Assembly (NCBI GenBank): GCA_036741715.1
Contig: DAINRR010000004.1
Location: 7,123 to 71,122 of the forward strand
Length of the DNA stretch: 64,000 nucleotides
Source: Gemmatimonadales bacterium
Lineage (GTDB): Bacteria; Gemmatimonadota; Gemmatimonadetes; Gemmatimonadales; GWC2-71-9
Reading direction: 5' to 3'
This document shows positions 56,452-64,000 of the stretch, one piece after another; within the stretch, counting starts at the first letter, position 1, and each line of letters starts with the position of its first letter. The position numbers and the translations under genes were made by a program. The notes below the pieces were generated by a model. That model was not told where the DNA came from and did no database searches. It saw only the letters and a list, made by a program, of their open reading frames with translations.

Positions 56452-57111
56452 TCAATCGAGCACTCGCCACATGTACCAGCTCGCAACCGTGCGATACGGG
56501 CGCCACCGCTCGGCGTGCTCCGCGAGCTCCGCCGGCGTCGGCTGCTCGTCGAGGCCGTACGCGATCGCGAATCCCTTGCGGACGCCGAGGTCGCCCGTGG
56601 GCAGCACGTCGGGGCGCCCGAGGCGGAACATGAGCAGCATCTGCACCGTCCACACGCCGATGCCGCGCACCTGGATCAGCCGCTCGACGATCTCCTCGTC
56701 CGGAAGTCGGCGGACGCGCGCGAGCGAGGGGACCGTGCCGTCGAGCGTCTTCGCCGCGAGGTCCTTGAGTGCAGCCGTCTTCGCGGTGGAAAGGCCGGCT
56801 GCCCGGAGACGCGCGTCGGGCGTGGCGACGATGTCGGCCGGCGTCGGAAAGCGCTTCGGGGAGTACAGGGCCACGACGCGGCCGAAGATGGTCGCGGCCG
56901 CCTTGCCGGAGAGTTGCTGATAGACGATCGACTCGGAGAGCGCATGAAAGAGGCTCTGCGTCGCCTTCGGCCGGAGGCCGCAGGGGCCGGCCCGCCGGAT
57001 GACACCGGCCAGCACGGGATCTGCCCGACGGAGGTGGCGGAGTGCGGCCGGAAGGTCGAACGGGAGCTCGCCCGCAGCCGGGCGGAGGTGGCGCGGAGTC
57101 GTGGGAGTCAT
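56452..57111 (-). CDS. HhH-GPD DNA glycosylase (3-methyladenine DNA glycosylase II, AlkA-like)
   Basis: SIVYQQLSGKAAATIF, LIQVRGIGVWTVQMLLMFRLGRPDVLPTGDLGVRKG (helix-hairpin-helix plus catalytic Asp). Confidence 0.88.
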   Translation of the reverse strand: MTPTTPRHLRPAAGELPFDLPAALRHLRRADPVLAGVIRRAGPCGLRPKATQSLFHALSESIVYQQLSGKAAATIFGRVVALYSPKRFPTPADIVATPDARLRAAGLSTAKTAALKDLAAKTLDGTVPSLARVRRLPDEEIVERLIQVRGIGVWTVQMLLMFRLGRPDVLPTGDLGVRKGFAIAYGLDEQPTPAELAEHAERWRPYRTVASWYMWRVLD

Positions 57112-57181
57112 GCCGGAATCTACATGCCCCTGTGACGGGCTTCACCGACCTGACCGCCCGCCCGGCGTATCGTGATGGCCC

Positions 57182-58948
57182 ATGTCCGCACCTCGAGTTC
57201 CGCTCCGGCGCACGCTCCTTCTGGCACTTGCGTGCGGGTGGCTTGCCACGGGCGCGGAAGCCCAGCTTTCTCCGGGACCTCACCCCGTGAGCGTGCAGGT
57301 CGAGGGAGTCGAAGGGCCGCTGGCCGCGAACGTCCGCCTTGTGCTCGAGATTTCGCGCGCCGCGGACACCGGGGCGCTGATGCTCGATCGTGCAGTCCGG
57401 CTCCATCGCACGGCGGATGCGGACATCGAGACGGCGCTCCAGCCGTTCGGGTACTACCGGCCCCGCGTCCGGAAGTCGCTCCAGCAAGACGGCGACGCGC
57501 TCGTCGCCCGGTATGCTATCGACCCGGGCCCGCCCACGCTCGTCACCCGGGTGGATGTCGCGCTGAGCGGCGAAGGCGCCGACGACCCGGCCTTCCAGGC
57601 GGCCGTGGCCGAATTCCCGCTCGCACGCGGTGACACGCTGCGGCACCTGCCCTACGAAACGGCAAAGCTCGCCCTCATCACGCTCGCCGGCGACAGCGGC
57701 TACCTCACCGCCGACTTCGACACGAGCGTGATCCGCGTGAATCGCGAAGAATCGACCGCGGAGATCGTGATCCACTTCACGACGGGCCCGAGATACCGGT
57801 TCGGCCCGGTGCATTTCGATCAGGAGATCCTCGATACCTCGTTCCTCCGCTCGCGCGTCGGATTCAGGACCGGCGAGCCGTATCAGCGCCACCGCGTGCT
57901 CGAGCTGCAGGCGAGCCTCGCGGAAGATCCATACTGGGAGCGTGTCGAAGTCATTCCTCGCCCGGAGCGGGCCGAGAGCCTCTTCGTGCCGATCGATGTC
58001 GAGCTCATCCCGCGTCCGCCGCAGGCGTTCGAGGCCGGGCTCGGCTATGGCACCGACAACGGGCCGCGCGGGAGAGGATCGGCCCGGCTCCGGCGCCTCA
58101 ATCGCAAGGGCCACCACGCCGAGCTCGAGCTGGTCGGCTCGTTCATCGAGAAGAGCGCTTCGGCGCAGTACATGGTGCCGGCGTTCGGCCATCCGAAGGG
58201 CGTGCTCACCTTCCTCGCCGGCTACGCGCTCCTCAACCCCATCACGAGCGCGAGCAAGACGTACGTGGCGAGCGTCCGGCTCAGCCGCCCCCGGCTCGGC
58301 TGGCGCGAAACGTTCTCGCTCTCGTGGCAGCGCGAGGCATTCCGCGTCGCCTCCGACAGCGCCACCTCGACGCTCTTCCTCCCCGGCGCGAGCTGGGAGC
58401 GGACCCGCTCGGACAGCCGGATCTTCCCGACGAGCGGCATCCGCACCCGTCTCGACCTGCAGGCCGCGCACGACGGCGTGCTCTCGTCGGCCTCGCTCCT
58501 CCGGGTGAGCGCCGGCGGGAAGATCGTCCGCAGCCTCGGCGGACGCACCCGCGCGCTCGTGCGCGCCGACGTCGGACGGATATTCACGAGCCAGTTCCGC
58601 CGCCTCCCGCCGACGCTCCGCTTCTTCGCGGGAGGCGATCAGAGCGTTCGCGGGTTCGGCTACCAGGCGCTCGGGCCGCGCGATGCGAAGGGCAAGGTCA
58701 CCGGAGGCCGCAATCTCGTCGTCGGCAGCGCTGAGCTCGACTTCCGGGTGTCGCCCCGATGGGCCGTAGCGGTCTTCACCGACGCGGGCAACGCGCTCGA
58801 GGACTTCACGCTCGACCTCGAACAGGCCGTCGGCGCCGGTGTGCGCTGGATTTCGCCGATCGGGCTTGTCCGCGTGGACGGCGCGTTTCCCATCTCGGAG
58901 GAAGGCGCGCCGTTCCGCATTCACCTCTCCATAGGGCCGGACCTGTGA
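57182..58948 (+). CDS. tamA: TamA-like Omp85-family outer-membrane protein (POTRA + surface-antigen barrel)
   Basis: Signal peptide LLLALACGWLATGAEAQ. 588 aa. POTRA-like N-terminal repeats and a C-terminal barrel with RFFAGGDQSVRGFGYQ. The stop overlaps the tamB start (GTGA). Confidence 0.85.
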   Translation: MSAPRVPLRRTLLLALACGWLATGAEAQLSPGPHPVSVQVEGVEGPLAANVRLVLEISRAADTGALMLDRAVRLHRTADADIETALQPFGYYRPRVRKSLQQDGDALVARYAIDPGPPTLVTRVDVALSGEGADDPAFQAAVAEFPLARGDTLRHLPYETAKLALITLAGDSGYLTADFDTSVIRVNREESTAEIVIHFTTGPRYRFGPVHFDQEILDTSFLRSRVGFRTGEPYQRHRVLELQASLAEDPYWERVEVIPRPERAESLFVPIDVELIPRPPQAFEAGLGYGTDNGPRGRGSARLRRLNRKGHHAELELVGSFIEKSASAQYMVPAFGHPKGVLTFLAGYALLNPITSASKTYVASVRLSRPRLGWRETFSLSWQREAFRVASDSATSTLFLPGASWERTRSDSRIFPTSGIRTRLDLQAAHDGVLSSASLLRVSAGGKIVRSLGGRTRALVRADVGRIFTSQFRRLPPTLRFFAGGDQSVRGFGYQALGPRDAKGKVTGGRNLVVGSAELDFRVSPRWAVAVFTDAGNALEDFTLDLEQAVGAGVRWISPIGLVRVDGAFPISEEGAPFRIHLSIGPDL

Positions 58949-61900
58949 GCGGCGGCCGCATCCTCCGGCGCGTCGCGATCGGAATCGGCGCACTCCTCCT
59001 GCTGGTCGCGGGCCTCCTCTGGTATGGGCTCTCGAGCGAGCGCGTCGCCCGCCGCCTGATCACGTCGGTCCTGGCGCGCGCGGGGGACGGGATCACGATC
59101 GGCCGCATGAGAGGCAGCATCCGGGGACCGCTCATCGTCCACGATGTCGCCATCCGGAAGGAAACGTTCTCGGCCACCATCGACAGCGCGCTCCTCGACT
59201 GGACGCCGACGGGCCTGATCCGCCGTCAGGTCCGTGTGGACCGGCTGCACGCAGTGGGCGTGCACGTCACCATCCCCGATTCGGTCCCGGGGGACAGCAG
59301 CCCGCCTCGACCGAAGCTTCCCATGGATGTGTTGCTTGGGGACGTGCTCGTTCAGGATCTCTCGGTGGACGCTCCGAACGATGTGACGGTGCGCGGAGCG
59401 ACTGCCCGGCTGGATGGCCGCGCCGAGGATTACCGATTCGTCGCCGAGGGCGAGCTCTCGCTTCCGCAGGCGAGCGGCCTCCCCGTATCACTCGCCGGCA
59501 CCGGGAACCTCGACCACGTCGAGCTCGACAGCTCCACCGCCGCCGTGTTCGACGGTACCGTTCACGCCGCTGGCCGGGTGACCTGGTGGCCCCGGACGGA
59601 ATGGGACCTCACCGTGCGAGGCGAGAACGTCGAGCCGGCGCAACTGCTCGAGAATCCCGGTGAATGGCCCGGCGCCGTTGCTTTCGCCGGACGCACGGCG
59701 GGTTACCTCGACAGCATCGGCCCCGCCGGCAGCCTGCGCATCGATTCCCTCGGCGGCGTCCTGCGCGGACAGCGGCTCGGCGGAACGGCGGAGGTCGAGT
59801 TCGCCGGCAAGTCCGCGGTGGTCCCGAACCTTGCCGTCACCTGGGGCAGCGCGCGCCTCGTGGGCCGGGGCGCATTGGCGGATACCGTGTCCGCCGACTT
59901 CGACCTGGCGATCGGCAACCTCCGCACGGCGCTGCCGGACGCCTCCGGATCGCTTCGCTCCCGGGGAACGGTGCGGGGCATGCGCGACGCGCCGAGGGTG
60001 CGGGCCACGTTCGAGGGAAGGCGCCTCCGGCTCGGCAACAACTCGGCGGCGAGCGCTCGTGGCCGTGCCGATCTCGGGCTCTCTCCCCGCGGGCAGACCG
60101 ACGTCGACCTGCGAGCGCTCGGCGCGGTTGCCGGCCCGCTGGCATTCGATACGGTCGACCTCGTGCTTCGAGGAACCCGGACGCGCCATCGCCTCGAGGC
60201 GGAGGGCGTTTCAGGGCGTGAGGACGTTACGCTGGTGGCTACCGGCGGCATCTCGGGCAGGACCTGGCGCGGACGAATCCAGGAATTCCTGGCCGAGACG
60301 GGCGCATATGGCCGCTGGGAGCTCGAGGCACCGGCCACGCTCGCAGCGACCATGCAATCCGCGTCGCTCGGCGAGGCCTGCCTGGGCTCGCCCGAGAGCC
60401 CGGGCGCTCGTATCTGCGGCAGCGGCGCCTGGCTCGGCGGCATGAGCTGGCGCGGAGCGGGACGTGTCGACGGCCTTCCGCTCGCCCTGCTGGATTCGTT
60501 CCTGCCCGACTCCATTTTCGGCGACAGCCAGGCGCTCGAAGGCACGTTGCACGCGACGTTCGATGCGGAATCGCGCGCCGGGCGGCTGCAGGGGAACCTG
60601 CAGGCGCGAGCATCCGATGCCGCGCTCGTGTACCATCGCCTGCTCGATACGCTTCCACGCCGTCTCTACTTCGACACGGCGGCCATGCTGGCGACTGCCG
60701 GACCCGCAGGCATGCAGGGAGAGGCGGCACTTCGCGTCCTGCATCACGACAGCAGCGCGATGGCCACGCTCGCGGCGAATCTCTCCGTTCCAGGCGTCGT
60801 CCGGCTCGGGCCCGCCCTGTCGCGCCAGCCGCTGGAAGGGACGATCACGGGGAGGATGGACAGCCTCGCCGTGATCACCGACTTCTTCCCTGCACTGGAC
60901 AGCCTCGCAGGGCGCGCGACGCTGGAGACTCGCCTCGCCGGGACGGTGGGCACTCCCGCGTTCGACGGCCGGCTGGCCTTCGACAGCATCTTCGTCTGGC
61001 TGCCGAGAGGGCGGGCAGGCCAGGGATCGGTGGAGATCACCGCGGCAGGAACCTTCGTCGAGCCCGGCCGCGTCGCGGGCGAGCTGACGATGGTGCCCCG
61101 AGGCATCATCTACGATTACACGCTCGATGAGATTCCGCGCAGGATCGTCGTGGACAGCGGAAGCCTCACCGCGAACGCAGGACCAGCCGGCGCGCACGCC
61201 CGCTTCACCCTCGGCGTCAGCGATACCGCAGGTACGCGGATCGCCGGACTCACCTCGCAACTCGCCCTCCCCGGATATCGTGCCTTCGGCGCGCCGCTCG
61301 GTCCGGAGCCGGTGTCGCTGCGTGTCGATGCCGAGCTTCCCGATCTCGCCTTTGCACGCGCGATCACCGACCGCTACGACAGCCTGGGCGGGCGCATCGC
61401 CTTCCGCGCCGAGGCCAGCGGACGCGTGGCGACGCCCGATGTGAACGCGGAGCTCCGCATCGAGGACTTCTTCGCGCGCTCGCAGACCGGCACGGTCACG
61501 CGCGGCGGGCTTCTCGGGACGCTCACGGCACTCGTCGCTCCCGACAGCACGCTCACCGGCGAGCTGCGTGTCGTTCCATCGGACGTGCGCTTCGCCTACG
61601 TCGAGACGGGCGCATTCGAAGAGATCCTCCTCGACTCGACCGCGCTCGAAGTGCGTGCCGGCGCCGACGGCATCACCGGCGGCCTCGAGCTCGCATTCGA
61701 GGACAGCGCCGGCACGACCCTCGGCACCTTCGGCGGGTCGCTCCGTATCCCCGGGTTCCGGCGCATCGGCCGCCCGCTCGGGCCCGAGCCGCTCGAAGCG
61801 ACGCTCGAGGCCGAGGTCTCCGATCTCTCCTTTGCCGAGGCGTTCTCGCCCGAGATCGACAGTCTCGCCGGGCGGCTCGACCTCGACGTCCGGATGGCCG

Positions 61901-63057
61901 GGACGGTGGGAGATCCGACGTGGTCCGGGGGCCTGCACGTGCGCGACGGTGCCATGCGGCTGCCGCTGCTCGGCGCCCTGTACCGCGCCATCCGGTTCGA
62001 CGCGGTCGGCACCGCCGACGGGGATGTCAGGGTGGATGGGCGCGCCGCCTCGGGCGCCGGAGACGTGACGCTCGCCGGCACGACCCCCGTGCGATCCTCC
62101 AGCGAGCGGCCGGGACGACTCGAGATCCGCGGCCGCAATTTCGAGGTGATGAACACGGCCGAGATTCATGCGATCGTGGATCCGGAGCTCGACGTCACGC
62201 TCATCGGCGACACGATCGACCTCACCGGGACCGTCACGGTTCCGCTCGCGCGCATGCAGCTGACCGAGATTCCGGAGTTCGCCGTGCCGCCGTCCGACGA
62301 CGTGGTCTTCGTGGGAGAATCGCTGGCCGTCGCCGCCACGCGCCCCATTCGCGCCGAGGTCGAGGTCGTGCTGGGCGACAGCGTGTCGTTCAGCGGCTTC
62401 AACTTCAATGCCGAGCTCGACGGCGCGCTCGTGATCCTCGAGACACCCATGCGCCCCACGCGGGCGAGCGGCGCGGTGATCATCGAGCAGGGGGCGTACA
62501 AGGCGTACGGGCAGGACCTGTCGGTGTCGCAGGGGCGGGTGCAGTTCGCCGGGGGGCCCGTGGACAATCCCGGGCTCTCGATTCGCGCGAGCCGCACGGC
62601 GGACGACGGCACCGTGGCCGGGCTGCAGATCGGCGGGACACTCAAGGCTCCGGTCGTGACCATCTGGTCGGAGCCATCGATGTCCCAGAATACGGCGCTG
62701 CACTACATCGTCACGGGCCGCGCGCCCGGCGAGGGCTCGGGCGCCGACGGAAGCCTGCTCTCGCGTGCCGCGAGCTCGCTCGGCCTCCGCGGCAGCAACG
62801 TGCTCGCGAGCAGTCTCGGTCAGGGATTCGGGCTCGACGATGCACGCATCGAGTCCGAGGACGGATTCCACGAGGCGTCGTTCGTGGCAGGGACGTACCT
62901 CTCGCCGAGCCTCTACGTGAGTTACGGGATCGGCCTCTTCGACCCGATCAGCACGCTCCGCCTCAGGTACCTGCTCTCGAAGAAGTGGACCCTGCAGGCC
63001 GAAACCGGTGCCGAGACCGGGGCCGATCTCCTCTACAGGATCGAGCGCGGCCGCTGA
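58945..63057 (+). CDS. tamB: TamB-like translocation and assembly module protein (N-terminal anchor, long beta-rich repeats, DUF490 C-terminus)
   Basis: GTG 58945 gives (V)SGGRILRRVAIGIGALLLLVAGLLWY as a signal anchor. 1370 aa. The C-terminus ...YLSPSLYVSYGIGLFDPISTLRLRYLLSKKWTLQAETGAETGADLLYRIE is typical of TamB. Confidence 0.85.
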   Translation: MSGGRILRRVAIGIGALLLLVAGLLWYGLSSERVARRLITSVLARAGDGITIGRMRGSIRGPLIVHDVAIRKETFSATIDSALLDWTPTGLIRRQVRVDRLHAVGVHVTIPDSVPGDSSPPRPKLPMDVLLGDVLVQDLSVDAPNDVTVRGATARLDGRAEDYRFVAEGELSLPQASGLPVSLAGTGNLDHVELDSSTAAVFDGTVHAAGRVTWWPRTEWDLTVRGENVEPAQLLENPGEWPGAVAFAGRTAGYLDSIGPAGSLRIDSLGGVLRGQRLGGTAEVEFAGKSAVVPNLAVTWGSARLVGRGALADTVSADFDLAIGNLRTALPDASGSLRSRGTVRGMRDAPRVRATFEGRRLRLGNNSAASARGRADLGLSPRGQTDVDLRALGAVAGPLAFDTVDLVLRGTRTRHRLEAEGVSGREDVTLVATGGISGRTWRGRIQEFLAETGAYGRWELEAPATLAATMQSASLGEACLGSPESPGARICGSGAWLGGMSWRGAGRVDGLPLALLDSFLPDSIFGDSQALEGTLHATFDAESRAGRLQGNLQARASDAALVYHRLLDTLPRRLYFDTAAMLATAGPAGMQGEAALRVLHHDSSAMATLAANLSVPGVVRLGPALSRQPLEGTITGRMDSLAVITDFFPALDSLAGRATLETRLAGTVGTPAFDGRLAFDSIFVWLPRGRAGQGSVEITAAGTFVEPGRVAGELTMVPRGIIYDYTLDEIPRRIVVDSGSLTANAGPAGAHARFTLGVSDTAGTRIAGLTSQLALPGYRAFGAPLGPEPVSLRVDAELPDLAFARAITDRYDSLGGRIAFRAEASGRVATPDVNAELRIEDFFARSQTGTVTRGGLLGTLTALVAPDSTLTGELRVVPSDVRFAYVETGAFEEILLDSTALEVRAGADGITGGLELAFEDSAGTTLGTFGGSLRIPGFRRIGRPLGPEPLEATLEAEVSDLSFAEAFSPEIDSLAGRLDLDVRMAGTVGDPTWSGGLHVRDGAMRLPLLGALYRAIRFDAVGTADGDVRVDGRAASGAGDVTLAGTTPVRSSSERPGRLEIRGRNFEVMNTAEIHAIVDPELDVTLIGDTIDLTGTVTVPLARMQLTEIPEFAVPPSDDVVFVGESLAVAATRPIRAEVEVVLGDSVSFSGFNFNAELDGALVILETPMRPTRASGAVIIEQGAYKAYGQDLSVSQGRVQFAGGPVDNPGLSIRASRTADDGTVAGLQIGGTLKAPVVTIWSEPSMSQNTALHYIVTGRAPGEGSGADGSLLSRAASSLGLRGSNVLASSLGQGFGLDDARIESEDGFHEASFVAGTYLSPSLYVSYGIGLFDPISTLRLRYLLSKKWTLQAETGAETGADLLYRIERGR

Positions 63058-63093
63058 CGATCCGGCGCACTCATTCGGAGCCGCGCCCCGTTC

Positions 63094-63348
63094 TCAATAC
63101 GGCTCGTCCCATTCTTCCGGGTCGTCCTTCCCGGTGTAATCCGACAGCAGCGTCACCACGAGGCCGATCGCGGCCAGTCCCAGGAGCACGTTCCGCGCGC
63201 GCCGGTTGCGCGCGACGCGCAGCAGGAGCGGCGTGACGGCGAAACGCGCGACGCCGGGAATCGGCACCTTCCTCAGGGCGGCACCCGTCGCCGCGACCGC
63301 CGAGTATTCCAGGATCCTGTCGAGCGTCCCGCGAGACCGTTTGCGCAT
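63094..63348 (-). CDS. Small membrane protein, unknown function
   Basis: 84 aa. AGGA lies 6 nt upstream of the ATG. GC3-rich. One or two hydrophobic segments (VLLGLAAIGLVVTLL) and an acidic C-terminus. Confidence 0.55.
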   Translation of the reverse strand: MRKRSRGTLDRILEYSAVAATGAALRKVPIPGVARFAVTPLLLRVARNRRARNVLLGLAAIGLVVTLLSDYTGKDDPEEWDEPY

Positions 63349-63414
63349 GGCCGATTCCTCGAAGTTGTGTCCTCCAATATTGGTGCCGGAGGTGCGTGAA
63401 GACTGCGTCGTGCA

Positions 63415-63987
63415 TCACCCTTTGTTCGTCCGGGCACCGAACGAGGCCGCGCGCAGCCGGCGGAACTCCGCCACCAGGTCGGGAAGCTGGTGATTGGCAT
63501 TGAGGCCGCTCGGACTCGGGAGGAGCCACACCCGCGTGCTGCCGATCGGCGCCGGCTGCGAGCCGACCGTCGCGCGCGGATCGCCGAATGCCACGCGGTA
63601 GGCACCGATGCCAAGCACCGCGAGCCACGCCGGCTCGAATGTCCTGAGCTTTCGCCGCAGCGATCGGCCGCCGGCGATCAGCTCGTCCGGTGCGAGCTCC
63701 TGCGCAGTGGCCGTCGTGCGGGGCACGAGGTTGGTGATGCCGCAGCCGGACGCGAGGAGGAGCGCTTCCTCGGCGGGCGCGAGCTGGCGCGCCGTGAATC
63801 CCGACCGGTGCAGCGCCGGCCAGAAACGATTCCCCGGCCGCGCGAAATGATGACCCGTCGCCGCCGAATAGAGCCCGGGATTGATTCCGCAGAAGAGCAC
63901 CGTGAGCCCGGGAGCGATGAGGTCGGGGACCCGCCGCGTGACGGCAGCGAGCAGCTGAGCGCGCGTCGGGCGTGCCGGCTCATCCAT
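63415..63987 (-). CDS. mug: G/U mismatch-specific uracil-DNA glycosylase (Mug/TDG family)
   Basis: LFCGINPGLYSAATGHHFARPGNRFWPAL and ...LPSPSGLN are family-2 UDG motifs. Confidence 0.88.
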   Translation of the reverse strand: MDEPARPTRAQLLAAVTRRVPDLIAPGLTVLFCGINPGLYSAATGHHFARPGNRFWPALHRSGFTARQLAPAEEALLLASGCGITNLVPRTTATAQELAPDELIAGGRSLRRKLRTFEPAWLAVLGIGAYRVAFGDPRATVGSQPAPIGSTRVWLLPSPSGLNANHQLPDLVAEFRRLRAASFGARTNKG

Positions 63988-64000
63988 CAGGTGCCGGGGG

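Noticed and set aside
56435-58993. The 1324-aa minus-strand ORF (55019-58993), suggestive of a giant fusion protein.
   Set aside because: Only the last 471 codons encode the decarboxylase. The upstream part runs antisense to tamA and out of frame through alkA and is Arg/Pro/Gly junk. A proper SD-like sequence and Met occur at 56434.

Overview
This is a 64-kb, very GC-rich chromosomal segment. Coding third positions are almost always G/C. The organism is a diderm bacterium, judged from TamA/TamB, SurA, an outer-membrane barrel and many lipobox signal peptides. The phylum cannot be fixed without a database search. I support about 49 protein genes. By eye I found no rRNA, tRNA, CRISPR array, transposase or integrase.

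Most of the window is tightly packed housekeeping:
- typA/bipA, a CDF transporter, CorC/CNNM
- DUF58, BatA-like, mfd, parvulin, surA and pdxA, with zero intergenic bases between them
- M28 peptidase
- lepA, ROK glucokinase, PfkB kinase, a GHKL ATPase/STAS-like pair, and a Cys/Met PLP enzyme
- ftsE-ftsX-envC
- a GGDEF protein and nfo
- OM barrel, metzincin lipoprotein, maeB, pckA, HD hydrolase and a methyltransferase
- flippase-like protein, ABC exporter, 3xFHA protein and PP2C
- uvrA, EamA, an aromatic amino acid decarboxylase, alkA, tamAB and mug

Gene junctions are very often overlapping stop/start codons (ATGA, GTGA, TGATG, TAATG and one CTGA).

The things I consider most worth a second look are:
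1. An RsbW-like GHKL ATPase plus a DUF4325/STAS-like partner. No sigma factor is nearby, and the pair is translationally hard-wired between two sugar kinases and a PLP enzyme.
2. A family of intergenic elements built from tandem octamers (NNNCGRAA)n followed by their inverted complement, at three loci. One is a ~410-bp nested palindrome in the uvrA divergent promoter region.
3. A compositionally deviant ~6.4-kb block (about 48.55-55.0 kb). It encodes a 21-Cys surface lipoprotein, a DsbA-type lipoprotein and an S8/PKD lipoprotein protease. Its left boundary falls inside the 3' end of an EamA gene.
4. A malic enzyme whose conserved N-terminus can only be translated from a CTG codon overlapping the upstream stop.

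All functional calls come from motif recognition by eye. No searches were run.
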